Numbered from the stretch's first letter, positions 19,147 through 29,042 are shown. The stretch: 64,000 bases of DNA from Candidatus Latescibacterota bacterium (GCA_965116885.1 OZ220741.1:1760001-1824000), one strand, 5' to 3'. Notes: generated by a model from the letters alone, not told the origin. A program made the numbers and translations.

Positions 19147-20727
19147 ATGACCGGAATAAATCTGGAGCGATACAATATTACCAGGCCGTTTATTTTGCGC
19201 AATGCTTCGCCAGCGGTGCTTTACGAGGAGGCACTGACCCATGAGACCGGATCGACGATTACGAGTACTGGGGCGCTTATTGTGCGTTCGGGAGAAAAGA
19301 CCGGGCGCAGTCCAGAGGATAAACGCATTGTGAATCATCCCGATAGTGCGGACGATATCTGGTGGGGTGAGGTCAATATCAAGCTCGATGAGCGCACGTT
19401 TCTGATCAATAGAGAGCGGGCTATCGATTATCTCAATGTTTGCGATCGCATTTATGTGGTTGATGGGTACGCGGGCTGGGATCCCAAGTATCGCATTAAG
19501 GTGCGGGTTGTTTGCGCCCGCGCGTACCATGCTCTGTTTATGCACAATATGCTTATGCGTCCCTCGCGCACGGAACTCGAAAATTTTGGCGAGCCGGATT
19601 ATGTCATTTTTAATGCTGGCAGATTTCCCGCGAACCGATATACGGCTGAGATGACTTCGACTACGAGTGTGGATGTGAGTTTTGAAATGCAAGAGATGGT
19701 TATTTTGGGAACGGAATATGCGGGTGAGATGAAAAAAGGTGTTTTCACGGTTCTCAATTATATTTTGCCCAGGCAGGATATTTTGTCGATGCACTGTTCG
19801 GCCAATGTGGGTGCTGCGGGTGATACGGCGCTCTTTTTTGGTCTGTCTGGTACGGGAAAGACCACGCTTTCAGCCGAGCCTCAGCGCCGTTTGATCGGCG
19901 ATGATGAACACGGGTGGAGCGATCGCGGCATTTTCAATTTTGAGGGTGGTTGTTACGCCAAGTGCATTGGTCTTTCACAAGCGCGCGAGCCGGAGATTTA
20001 CAATGCGATCCGTTTTGGGACGGTGCTCGAAAATGTCGTTTTTGACGAGCATACGCGCGTGATTAGTTACGATGATGATTCTATTACGGAAAATACGCGT
20101 GCGGCTTATCCCATTGAGTATATTCCCAATGCACAAATTCCATGTGTGGGCGGTCATCCCAGGAATGTGATTTTTTTGACTTGCGATGCTTTTGGTGTTT
20201 TGCCTCCGGTGAGCAAGCTTACGCCTGCACAGGCGATGTATCATTTTATCAGCGGTTATACGGCCAAGGTCGCGGGTACAGAGATGGGTATTACCGAACC
20301 GCAGGCTTCTTTTTCGGCCTGTTTTGGCGCGCCTTTTCTCGTGTGGCATCCGGGGAAGTACGCCGAGCAACTGGCAGAAAAAATCCAGCAACACAATTCG
20401 GATGTGTGGCTGGTCAATACGGGCTGGTCGGGCGGTGGCTACGGCGTTGGTAAGCGCATTACGTTGACGAATACCCGATCAATTATTCGGGCGATACACA
20501 ATGGTGCTTTGACAGATGTGGCGTGCGAGACAGATCCGCGCTTTGGTTTCGAGGTTCCAAAGACCTGTCCAGATGTTACGGGTAGTATTTTGTCGCCGCG
20601 TGCGACGTGGTCCAATCCGTCTGAATACGATGCGAGGGCTACGCATCTGGCGCGGTTGTTTAAGGAGAATTTCAAGCAGTTTGAAGATGGGGTTAGCGAT
20701 GAGATTATAGAGGCGGGGCCTGTTTGA
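19147..20727 (+). CDS. pckA: Phosphoenolpyruvate carboxykinase (ATP)
   Basis: [38 protein letters not shown]. Confidence 0.97.
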   Translation: MTGINLERYNITRPFILRNASPAVLYEEALTHETGSTITSTGALIVRSGEKTGRSPEDKRIVNHPDSADDIWWGEVNIKLDERTFLINRERAIDYLNVCDRIYVVDGYAGWDPKYRIKVRVVCARAYHALFMHNMLMRPSRTELENFGEPDYVIFNAGRFPANRYTAEMTSTTSVDVSFEMQEMVILGTEYAGEMKKGVFTVLNYILPRQDILSMHCSANVGAAGDTALFFGLSGTGKTTLSAEPQRRLIGDDEHGWSDRGIFNFEGGCYAKCIGLSQAREPEIYNAIRFGTVLENVVFDEHTRVISYDDDSITENTRAAYPIEYIPNAQIPCVGGHPRNVIFLTCDAFGVLPPVSKLTPAQAMYHFISGYTAKVAGTEMGITEPQASFSACFGAPFLVWHPGKYAEQLAEKIQQHNSDVWLVNTGWSGGGYGVGKRITLTNTRSIIRAIHNGALTDVACETDPRFGFEVPKTCPDVTGSILSPRATWSNPSEYDARATHLARLFKENFKQFEDGVSDEIIEAGPV

Positions 20728-20734
20728 GGAGAGA

Positions 20735-21991
20735 TTACAGGTAGGGAATGACCAGTGGGCCGTCGGGCAATACGGCTACGCGGGCATCCCGGGTTTTCAG
20801 GTGGTCGTGTAGCGCTTTGTTGAGGTCGGGTATGACCTGTAGTTTGCAGGCGCGGACCTCGTCGCTGTCCATGTCGGTATAGACTTTTACATTTACGCGG
20901 TCTAAGATGCCCGATAGAATTTGCGCCTGCCACTGGTCGAGGATCGGTTCACGCGCATAGACCGATTCTATCACGTCTGCAGGTGTATGGCCTTCGCGCA
21001 TCAATGCCGCAAAATTGCCGTGATTGGGTACGCCATCGCTACACGCACTGGCTACGAGGATTGTTCCGCCGTCGGTTACGATACGCGCTGCGGCTGAGAT
21101 GCCTTTTACGGTTTGATACAGGTTTTGATCCAGGGGAAAGCCGCTGTTGGATGTGACGACCAGCGGGAAGGGGGTTTCGACAGGGACCATTGCCGAGGCT
21201 TTTACATCGGCGCACCCCTTTGCATGGGCTTGGGAGAGATCGCCCGCGTAATATCCCGAGATTTTCTTTTCTGCGTTGAGTGTCACGTTGAGCAAAAAAT
21301 CCGGGGGACATAGCGCGACGCATTCGCGAATTTCCCGGTGTAGTGGGTTTTCGTGGAGTACGCCCCATGTGCTGTTTGGGTCGGCGATTAGTTCGGCGCG
21401 ATGGAGTCGGAAAATGGTTTCAATGCTCGCCACGCCGGGCGCGACTGCTTTTGGCCCGCCTGAGAATCCCGCAAAGAAGTGTGGTTCGATAAATCCGAGG
21501 GCAATGCGCACATCTGCATTGATGTATTCCCGGTTCAAAAATACGGTTGTTCCATCCGCAGTTTTGCCCACCTGCTCGTTTTGCGTTTCGCTAAATGCAT
21601 CGTGGTTAACAATGCGTACGCGGCGAACCAGATCTTCGCCAAACATTTCGACGATTTCGCGCTTTGTATTTGGTCTGTGCGTGCCCGTGCCGATCAATAC
21701 GGTTACACGGTCGGGGGATACGGGCAGTTCTTCGAGTAGATAGGGGATTAGTTGTTTGTTCGGGACGGGACGGGTGCCGTCGGATGTTGCGATTACGACG
21801 CGGTCTGAAGGTTTGACTATTTCTTTGAGTGGTTTTGTGCCGAGAGGATGGCGCACGGCTTCGAGAAAGAGCTGTTTGGGGTCTTTGAGTGCAGGTTCAA
21901 ATGAGGGGCGGATTATGTCCCAGTGCGCCAGTTTGGGGTCTGCACAAACAGATACGGCTCCTCGGCCATAAGGTATGTCGATTTGTTTCAT
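20735..21991 (-). CDS. larA: Nickel-pincer-dependent lactate racemase (LarA) family protein
   Basis: SDGTRP, GTGTHR, EPHFFAGFSGGPK, PLDQNLYQTVKG; start reassigned to MKQIDIPYG; substrate not established. Confidence 0.88.
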   Translation of the reverse strand: MKQIDIPYGRGAVSVCADPKLAHWDIIRPSFEPALKDPKQLFLEAVRHPLGTKPLKEIVKPSDRVVIATSDGTRPVPNKQLIPYLLEELPVSPDRVTVLIGTGTHRPNTKREIVEMFGEDLVRRVRIVNHDAFSETQNEQVGKTADGTTVFLNREYINADVRIALGFIEPHFFAGFSGGPKAVAPGVASIETIFRLHRAELIADPNSTWGVLHENPLHREIRECVALCPPDFLLNVTLNAEKKISGYYAGDLSQAHAKGCADVKASAMVPVETPFPLVVTSNSGFPLDQNLYQTVKGISAAARIVTDGGTILVASACSDGVPNHGNFAALMREGHTPADVIESVYAREPILDQWQAQILSGILDRVNVKVYTDMDSDEVRACKLQVIPDLNKALHDHLKTRDARVAVLPDGPLVIPYL

Positions 21992-21993
21992 GT

Positions 21994-23259
21994 TTAACCC
22001 CGTGCTAAAGCGTCCGCTGTTTGCAGGATGATTTCTTCTTCGCCCTGATATGGCGCGGGTTCCCCGTAATACGGATAGGCATTGGGTTCGTAACCACCTT
22101 CTTCGTATTGCCGCTCTGTACACAAATATCCCACTTCGTCATTGGCATAGCCCACGGGCCACAGGTCCGCGCTGATGTCCCGTAGCCTTTTTTCCATTGC
22201 ATGTCCAATTTCCTGTACGGGTTCGCCCGGTATGGTGATCAGTGCTATTGGTCCCACCTGCATCAGTTGCATTTCGGTGGGTTTTTCAGATGGGACGGTG
22301 CCTGATGCCATCATTCCCAGTACATTTCTTGCCCAAGATCCTGTCAATAATTGTCCGCGTTCGCTTTGGTCTGTTGCCATTTTCTTTAGTTCGTCTTCGG
22401 GCATCAGGTCGCCGAATGGTATTGCGATGTCGGTGCGGCGGGCAGATATGCGTTGTGTACTTCTGGTGTTTAGTCCTGTAGCTATGCGGCATACTTCGTC
22501 GCCGAGTTCGTGACCACAAGCGTCTAATTGTTCTCTGGTGGCGGATGCAAATCCTCCGGTTTCGCTCAGGATGGCGGGGCGGATGTTGCCAAAGCACCCG
22601 GGTAAGAAGAGTGCTTTGCTTCCGAGGGCTTGTTCAATTCGGTTGCGGGCTATGCCGGGATAATCGGGCGAGATGATGCCGTTGGCGCCGCTCAATGTGG
22701 TCGGGTGACAGGCGTAGTGGAATAATGTGGCGAGGGGGGTGCCGTTTTCTCCTGTTACGTGTAAGACTCTTACGCGGCGATCGACGATTCCGCCGTAGTT
22801 CAAGGTCATGCTTGAAGCTCCAGGGAGCGGGCGGCGGTTGATGTTGAAATGCGCGGATCCGCATCCGAGACCGAGGGTTACGGGCTGGAGATTTGCGGCT
22901 GCTTCGGCTATGCACGCGGCGGTGGTTTCGACTATGCGATCCATATATTCGGGGTCGGGGGTCATGCCCAAACACGGCAATGTAGGGAGGGCGCAATGCG
23001 TGTGGCTACACGCTACCATTACGCTGTCTCCCGGAATAATATTTGCCACTTTCGCCCGGATTCGGTCAGTGGTGGCTCTGGTTATGCCGATGACGTCGAG
23101 TGTGGCGATGGCTATTTGCGCGTCTCCGTCGGCAAATACAACTGCCCGTACTTCCAGAGGATAGAGTACAGAATGCGATGGGTTGGTGTTCCAATGTCCC
23201 TGAAGTACTGGGCCGGGTTCTGGCGTGATGTCTCCGCTTGCAACGCCGCTTCGGATCAT
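21994..23259 (-). CDS. Neutral/alkaline ceramidase-like amidohydrolase
   Basis: SHTH, YACHPT, DYPG, PGE, GGYE motifs. Confidence 0.75.
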   Translation of the reverse strand: MIRSGVASGDITPEPGPVLQGHWNTNPSHSVLYPLEVRAVVFADGDAQIAIATLDVIGITRATTDRIRAKVANIIPGDSVMVACSHTHCALPTLPCLGMTPDPEYMDRIVETTAACIAEAAANLQPVTLGLGCGSAHFNINRRPLPGASSMTLNYGGIVDRRVRVLHVTGENGTPLATLFHYACHPTTLSGANGIISPDYPGIARNRIEQALGSKALFLPGCFGNIRPAILSETGGFASATREQLDACGHELGDEVCRIATGLNTRSTQRISARRTDIAIPFGDLMPEDELKKMATDQSERGQLLTGSWARNVLGMMASGTVPSEKPTEMQLMQVGPIALITIPGEPVQEIGHAMEKRLRDISADLWPVGYANDEVGYLCTERQYEEGGYEPNAYPYYGEPAPYQGEEEIILQTADALARG

Positions 23260-23613
23260 GGTATGTCTCCTGAATTTATGCGTTCGGAATTTAATTTTTC
23301 AAATGTATCTCAGAATTGCCTTTCGCGCAATCTTCTTTGTAGGGGACAATAATTTCAACTCTTAAATTGGTAATGGATCAATATGTTCACTATTGCGTGC
23401 GCGGCGCATTCGGATTTGTATTTGTTTTTTGAGGTGGTACTTAAATTCGAGTTGTGGATGCGAGCGTAATACAGCATATTTTAAGCAAAAGGTGGTGCTT
23501 GAACTGCTTTTTCTGGAATATGTGGATCAATTTTTGGATAATGGCGTTTTCTGGCTCGCTATTTGCTAAAGGTCGGAGTGTTATGTGTAGTCTAAAACAC
23601 ACCCTCAGATCCA

Positions 23614-23713
23614 ACGAATCAATCAACTCTATCAACTAAGCCGTCATTGCGGCATGCTTCTGAGCCGCCACGCGCAAGCACAACGCCAGTAATCCAGTGG
23701 TTTTGGTTGTCAT
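23614..23713 (+). repeat. 100-bp direct repeat, copy 1
   Basis: 97/100 identical to 24545-24644 by manual comparison. Confidence 0.9.
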
Positions 23714-23715
23714 GT

Positions 23716-23744
23716 TGACAGTGTATAATGGTTTCGTTACCTTA
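23716..23744 (+). promoter_or_regulatory. Putative sigma70 promoter for the two-gene cassette
   Basis: TTGACA-N17-TACCTT. Confidence 0.45.
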
Positions 23745-23783
23745 TATAAATCAACACCTTTTTCCCACTAAAGGGAGTAACAA

Positions 23784-24002
23784 ATGAATGATCAAGAGGT
23801 AGAACACCGATTAACTAAATTGGAAAGAGATGTAGAGATCAATGTTGAGATCATCAAGGAGCAAGTTTCAGGTATTCGGGAAGATATAAAAGAGATGCGA
23901 AGTGAGCTGACAGGTCGTATGGATATTTCCGCTAAATGGATGCTCACAGTGATATTTGGAGGTCTTGCTGTTATTGTTGCACTTATTAAGTGGCTTCCTT
24001 AG
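23784..24002 (+). CDS. Small coiled-coil protein with C-terminal TM helix (XhlA/DUF1640-like)
   Basis: RBS AAGGGAG; EHRLTKLE coiled coil then KWMLTVIFGGLAVIVALIK. Confidence 0.6.
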   Translation: MNDQEVEHRLTKLERDVEINVEIIKEQVSGIREDIKEMRSELTGRMDISAKWMLTVIFGGLAVIVALIKWLP

Positions 24003-24017
24003 ATAAGGAGGTTAGAG

Positions 24018-24251
24018 ATGCTGGAATTCATAGCGATATACTTCTATGATTACATGGATAAGTGGTATTGGATTTTACATAGAACTGGAGGACCTCTAAA
24101 GATTTCTCCATACGACAATACTTCTAAAGAACTCTGTTTAGAGAGGATTAGAATACTTCAAGATGATGGGTCTCTCCCGATTTGTAAGGTTGCTATGGGC
24201 GGTTTTCGAGAGCCACCTAATTACAAAGAACGTCCTATTTGCGATCCGTGA
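24018..24251 (+). CDS. Hypothetical protein, DUF1508/YegP-like
   Basis: RBS AAGGAGG; W-Y-W-x-L...G...IS-x-Y...SKE-x-C pattern. Confidence 0.5.
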   Translation: MLEFIAIYFYDYMDKWYWILHRTGGPLKISPYDNTSKELCLERIRILQDDGSLPICKVAMGGFREPPNYKERPICDP

Positions 24252-24369
24252 GGTTGAAGGTTTATATTTAAATAAATTATTGATTTTATTTAATTTATTC
24301 GCATAATTTTAGTATATTACCCCTTGTTGAATAATAACAATAGGGGGTATTTTTATGGCGTATAAAGAG

Positions 24370-24500
24370 CGGAACTGAGTGAGACGCACCCTCTATCTGG
24401 CCGCATTGCCGATATTGGCGATTTACACCGCCTCAAGTAGTTGCTTGGCAATTCAGGCCACCAGTCCCGAAGCATTTGAACGTATGTTAGATGATGTGTG
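24370..24500 (+). pseudogene. Possible decayed 3' fragment of an IS110-family transposase
   Basis: Frame-broken VRRTLYLAAL...AIY/RLK...LN.MLDD resembles IS110 C-termini. Confidence 0.3.
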
Positions 24501-24544
24501 ACGTAGTTTCTGAGATCATGAGGCGGAATCAAGAAATCAATCTT

Positions 24545-24644
24545 ACGAATCAATCAACTCTATCAACCAGGCCGTCATTGCGGCATGCTTCTGAGCCGCC
24601 ACGCGCAAGCACCACGCCAGTAATCCAGTGGTTTTGGTTGTCAT
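24545..24644 (+). repeat. 100-bp direct repeat, copy 2 (partial third sub-copy at 24666-24690)
   Basis: Direct match to 23614-23713. Confidence 0.9.
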
Positions 24645-24715
24645 ATGGGCCTGGTTTTGATCCCTACGCGCAGCACCACGCCAGTAATCCGCATCTGTCC
24701 ACTTATAGGGCAGAA

Positions 24716-26293
24716 TCAGGAGGCAGCGGTCAGCAGACCAGCATTTTGCCGGAAGGACAGGGCCACGCTGTCAATATGCGGCTTGTTCTTGTAGTAGAAC
24801 AAATCATCGTGGGTGAGTCCTGTGATGTTCAGAGCCAAATTCAACATATGGGGTTGGAGGTGTTTGTTTAGATATATTCCAATTCCGGCTCCAGCTATCG
24901 TACCGGCTATGCCACCGATCAGGTTGCCAACTCCCGGTACGGCTGTGCCTGCGGCAGCCCCACCAAAACCACCGGCAGTTGACAGGACAGTTGAGACGCC
25001 AAAACGAGACATTAAAGTTAGGGTTTGCACGACCTGCATCTTGTTTTTGGTGGTACGATCAGCAGTACTGAATTCCTTCTCAGTTTTGAGGACGTTGTAT
25101 ATCAACTTAGCACCCACAAAAATTGCGCCCGCGTAAGGGACTATCTCTCCGACACTGTCGGGCAGGTCAAAGCCTTGATTGGCACTGAGGATTTCAAGAC
25201 CATCCATTGTTCCTTCTACCAGTTCGTATTCAGTGCCCCTATCGGTTATTTGATTTATCGTATTCTGCGCGCTACCGTAAATTTTATCGTAAATTTCGGT
25301 GCTGATGGCGTAATGTATGTTGGGATATTCAGCCATTAGCTGTTGGACTTCACCAGCACGGCCTGCTAAACCAGTTTTGACTTGAAACAGTATCTCTTGT
25401 CCTTCAGGAGAAGTTGCAGGGATGTCCCAGATAGGCTGGGTGGGATCTTGGGGCATTCTTATGTTGGTGTACCCTCGTGCTTCGAGCTTTTCTGCGAAGT
25501 CGAGTTCGGCATATTTGCCTTTGAGATTGTTTAAGAATCCACTGGGGGCATTTCCGCCGCGCTGTAGCATCTCTTGCCAGTGTTCGTGAAGTGAACCTTC
25601 GTAAGTCCCGAAGGCCATTTCGTGGGCTTGAGCCAGTTTGTCATCTATGCTGGAGGTTTTCAACCCATCTTCGATTTTTTGCACCAGCGCATCATTAGAT
25701 CCAATGTTGGTTATTCGGTTTATCGTATCCTGTGCGCTATCGCGAATTCTATTATAAATTTCGGTACTAACGACGTAGTGTATGTTAGGATTTTCGGCTA
25801 TTAGCTGTTGAACTTCTCCAGCGCGGTCTGCCAATCCGGTTTCGACTTGGAACAGTGTCTCCGCTCCTTCCGAAGAGATAGCACTAATGCCCCATGGCTG
25901 GGTGGAATCTGTGGCGATTTCTACGTTGGTGAACCCTCGTGCTTCGAGATCTTCCGCAAAGTTGAGTTCGGCATATTTGTCTTTCAGTGCGCTGATGAAT
26001 CCGGTCATGGATTCGCTGCCGCCTTCTGCCATCTCCTGCCAGTGTTCGTAAAGTGAGCCCTCGTAGTTCCCGAAGGCCATTTCGTGAGCTTGGGCCAGTT
26101 TATCATCTACATTGATGGTATCAAAAATGCCCCACATTGCGAACGAGACCCCTGCTGCCGCTTCTGCCGCATAAAGCTCTCGATCCATACTCCTCAGATC
26201 GGTGATCGTATCCTGAAAGGATTTACTCTGGTCAGATTCCGAACTGGGGAGTTTCTGTAGTTCTGGTAATAGGTTCAGAGACTTCATGGCCAT
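24716..26293 (-). CDS. Protein with tandem-duplicated PD-(D/E)xK-like domain and C-terminal glycine zipper
   Basis: Approx. 154-aa internal repeat (DDKLAQAHEMAFG...); GKYAE...WDI...FQVKTG; GGxxGAAAG...GGIAG zipper; RBS AGGAGA. Confidence 0.55.
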   Translation of the reverse strand: MAMKSLNLLPELQKLPSSESDQSKSFQDTITDLRSMDRELYAAEAAAGVSFAMWGIFDTINVDDKLAQAHEMAFGNYEGSLYEHWQEMAEGGSESMTGFISALKDKYAELNFAEDLEARGFTNVEIATDSTQPWGISAISSEGAETLFQVETGLADRAGEVQQLIAENPNIHYVVSTEIYNRIRDSAQDTINRITNIGSNDALVQKIEDGLKTSSIDDKLAQAHEMAFGTYEGSLHEHWQEMLQRGGNAPSGFLNNLKGKYAELDFAEKLEARGYTNIRMPQDPTQPIWDIPATSPEGQEILFQVKTGLAGRAGEVQQLMAEYPNIHYAISTEIYDKIYGSAQNTINQITDRGTEYELVEGTMDGLEILSANQGFDLPDSVGEIVPYAGAIFVGAKLIYNVLKTEKEFSTADRTTKNKMQVVQTLTLMSRFGVSTVLSTAGGFGGAAAGTAVPGVGNLIGGIAGTIAGAGIGIYLNKHLQPHMLNLALNITGLTHDDLFYYKNKPHIDSVALSFRQNAGLLTAAS

Positions 26294-26305
26294 GTTGTCT
26301 ATCTC

Positions 26306-27529
26306 CTAAGCGAGCACCGCGACGATTAGCGCGGTTATTGCGATGATAGCACTGCCAGCAGCTATGGCGGTAAGTCTGTTTCGGGTCTGACGTGCCTCTT
26401 GGCGTAGATTCTCCCCTTGCTCAGACAGGGCCTTTTGAGTGATTTGTTCATGGGTTTCGTTTAGCTGTTTTTGGGCAGTATTCAGGGCTGATTCATACTG
26501 TTGGGCCTGTTCAGATAGAGCCTTTTGGATAGTGTCGCTGAGTATTTGTTGCAAGTTGTCGTGCTCGGCGATGTGCTGGGTTAGCAGTTCGTTCTGACGA
26601 ATGACCCGTGGAATTAGCTCCTGGTTGATTCGGTCCTGTTCTTCCCAAAAGCGGACTTTTTCTCCGATACTCGGTATTTCCGTATTTTCATCTGAGCTGG
26701 GCATTGATTTTTCTGTATTCTCGGCTAACGACGATAATAGTATCTGCACCTCCTCGTCGGGGTCATATAATGAAGCCAATGTCTCACCAGTCTCCTCGTC
26801 TTGAGAAAACTCGACATCCACATCCGCGTCCTTGAGTTTCTGGGCAGTGTTGTTCAGGTTGTTCACAGTGAAGTCTATGTGATCAAAGCCCTTAGACTCA
26901 AACCATCCGGTCGATAAGAGTTCTATGACTATATTTCCCGCTTGTAAACCAACATAATCCTCATCGTCCTCGTAGGATAAGCCCTCTATTTCTTTTAATC
27001 CCAAGATCTGGGTATAGAATTGCACCGAGTCTTCTACATCGTCCGTTTTCAGGGCGAGTCCGTCAAGACGAATTTCTGTTTCCTCGCCGCTTGACATATC
27101 AGGTGAGGCGGCTGTTGTCAACACTATCTCTACATCATTAGGGTCCAAAAAACTTACCCTCTGCGTCCCGTCATCATAGTTTTTGAGTTTGACATCTACA
27201 TCCTCATCCTTGAGTTTCTGGACGGTATTGTCTAAGTTATCTACTGTGAAGGATATGCAAGCGAACCCCTCATCCATCTCCCCCTTCGTGGCCGTTTGCG
27301 AGCCGAGTATCAAACAACCACTTATATCTTTTCCTTGCAAAGCGATCGTGTTGGATTTTTTTTGTTTTTTTCTTTTTATAAATTCTCTCTCCTGCAAAGA
27401 TACTATGTCAGGTGTACGCTCTATTTCCTTCAGCCCCAGAGTCTGGGTATAGAAGTTGACCGAGTCTTCTAAATCTTCTGCCACCAAATAGATTCCATTC
27501 AGGTTCATTTTCGTTTCCTCATCTGACAA
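26306..27529 (-). CDS. Double VOC (glyoxalase-like) domain protein fused to coiled coil and C-terminal TM
   Basis: Two DxEDSVxFYTQxLGL...FTVxNL...DP units; VRFWEEQDRIN coiled coil; terminal hydrophobic helix; start TTG 27529 or ATG 27508. Confidence 0.75.
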   Translation of the reverse strand: MSDEETKMNLNGIYLVAEDLEDSVNFYTQTLGLKEIERTPDIVSLQEREFIKRKKQKKSNTIALQGKDISGCLILGSQTATKGEMDEGFACISFTVDNLDNTVQKLKDEDVDVKLKNYDDGTQRVSFLDPNDVEIVLTTAASPDMSSGEETEIRLDGLALKTDDVEDSVQFYTQILGLKEIEGLSYEDDEDYVGLQAGNIVIELLSTGWFESKGFDHIDFTVNNLNNTAQKLKDADVDVEFSQDEETGETLASLYDPDEEVQILLSSLAENTEKSMPSSDENTEIPSIGEKVRFWEEQDRINQELIPRVIRQNELLTQHIAEHDNLQQILSDTIQKALSEQAQQYESALNTAQKQLNETHEQITQKALSEQGENLRQEARQTRNRLTAIAAGSAIIAITALIVAVLA

Positions 27530-27693
27530 ATGAAATACTTGACTCTTTCCAGCCGCGTCTCATAATAGCTACTGAATTGTGTGAACACAATTAAAAATCA
27601 GGTTGAGAATGACCCTCTTCAACTGGAGTTCTGCGATATTGACTTTTGTAGTATAACACAGTAATTTTGAAATACGTACCAGTGGAGAGGACA

Positions 27694-27900
27694 ATGGAAA
27701 CGACGCTTGATTTGGCAGGATTGTCTGAAGATCGAATACAATATCTCAAAAACCTCGTTGCGATTTGGAAAGCACGAGGTGAGAATAGTGGTGGACTACA
27801 GCCCATTATCAAGCGGAAAGTAGCTCCGTCGGAATTTATCGTGAAGGATTCTGATGTTGTTGGCGGTGAAGTGACCCGAGCAATGGCGTATGATGAATAA
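27694..27900 (+). CDS. Small hypothetical protein, antitoxin-like
   Basis: RBS GGAGAGG; ends TRAMAYDE as in many small antitoxins; no intact partner follows. Confidence 0.45.
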   Translation: METTLDLAGLSEDRIQYLKNLVAIWKARGENSGGLQPIIKRKVAPSEFIVKDSDVVGGEVTRAMAYDE

Positions 27901-28039
27901 TTTTGGTGATCTTTCATACCTTCTCTTGCAACCGAAATCCACCAAATGATACCCCTGAAGAGATTATCTCTCCAGGGGATTTTAAATTTTTCAATATGGA
28001 ACGCATGAACGCTGATCGAGAGCGAAAAGAGGGATAAAG

Positions 28040-28351
28040 ATGACCAGTGAAAAGACAAGTGTGCGGATATTTCTCGAAGAACAGTTGAAAGATCGAGAAG
28101 TCGCGGAATCATTCTACCAGGGCCTTGATGAACTGCGGCTTGCAGTTAAAATTGCCCAACTGCGCAAGCAACGCGGATTGACGCAGGCGCAATTGGCAGC
28201 GAAATTGGATACCAGTACACCGGTCATTAGCCGATTGGAAAACCGGGGAAACTGTACCATCAGCACCTTAAAAAAAGTCGCCGCAGCCCTGGATGCAGTT
28301 GTGCAAATTGACATCGTGTCTAAAGAAGAGAGCGCAATTCAAAAAACGTGA
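28040..28351 (+). CDS. XRE-family HTH protein (HigA-like antitoxin)
   Basis: IAQLRKQRGLTQAQLAAKLDTSTPVISRLEN...TISTLKKVAAAL. Confidence 0.88.
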   Translation: MTSEKTSVRIFLEEQLKDREVAESFYQGLDELRLAVKIAQLRKQRGLTQAQLAAKLDTSTPVISRLENRGNCTISTLKKVAAALDAVVQIDIVSKEESAIQKT

Positions 28352-28398
28352 ATCTTTTCCTCCCAAATTCCAATTTAAGTGCAACAGCAGAAAAGAAG

Positions 28399-28431
28399 AA
28401 CGCCCCAGCATCGTTGTGCCGGGGCGTTTTT
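28399..28431 (+). terminator. Intrinsic terminator
   Basis: AACGCCCC / GGGGCGTT stem with T-run. Confidence 0.7.
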
Positions 28432-28633
28432 GCGTATCAAGTAAACCAATCCCCAAAGGATTTTTCTGTTTATTGGCTCAATTTTATGTGATGTTGTGCT
28501 GCGGATCGCGGATGGGGCATTGCCTATGTCATTTGTTAAATCTTTATTTGCTTCAGATCACTCAGTATATCAAAAAGGGGATTATATAGGATAGTGCCGA
28601 AACAGGTATTGCTCATATATACCTCTTTAATAG

Positions 28634-28692
28634 AAAAAATGCCCACCTTTTATCAGGCGGGCATTCAGTTTGAAATTCTTTAACAACTACGT
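28634..28692 (-). ncRNA. Putative short antisense RNA (cassette unit 1)
   Basis: Minus-strand TTGCTG-N16-CATACT, then hairpin AATGCCCGCC/GGTGGGCATT plus T6. Confidence 0.35.
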
Positions 28693-28701
28693 AGTAACAG
28701 T

Positions 28702-29025
28702 ATGCATAGCACGACTACGACAGCAATCCCTATCGCACAATACCGCTCCCACTTATCTTCCGAAAAAAACATTTCGAGAAAACCTAAAGACTCCCTCAAC
28801 GCCCAGACAAGAAAAAGAACCGCAACAATGATGAGAAAAACCCACTACGATATAATGACAAAACCAAACAGTTTCATTTATTGTGTATTTATCTCGGCAG
28901 GAGGGCTCTGGCAGTGGTGCTTGCAGGACATGGATGACAATGGGAAGATTTGCTTGATCTCTGAGGTCTTCCCTTCTCTCGATGCCTGCCAGTGCGACTT
29001 CACGGTAAAGAGGGGACTGGCGTAG
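28702..29025 (+). CDS. Hypothetical protein, C-terminal part DUF1508/YegP-like (true start may be 28828 or 28855)
   Basis: VFISAGGLWQWCL...NGKI...SEVFPSLDAC pattern. Confidence 0.45.
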   Translation: MHSTTTTAIPIAQYRSHLSSEKNISRKPKDSLNAQTRKRTATMMRKTHYDIMTKPNSFIYCVFISAGGLWQWCLQDMDDNGKICLISEVFPSLDACQCDFTVKRGLA

Positions 29026-29042
29026 AATTGAAAGATTGGCAG

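Noticed and set aside
24410..24490. GDLHRLK*LLGNS read as a tyrosine-recombinase remnant
   Set aside because: Catalytic His absent, stops present, and an IS110-like reading fits at least as well; both are weak
23614..24644. 100-bp repeats considered as prophage attL/attR or integron attC sites
   Set aside because: No integrase or tRNA target in the window and no clear attC R-box structure
27591..28112. 173-aa minus-strand ORF
   Set aside because: Overlaps two better-supported plus-strand genes; no recognisable motifs
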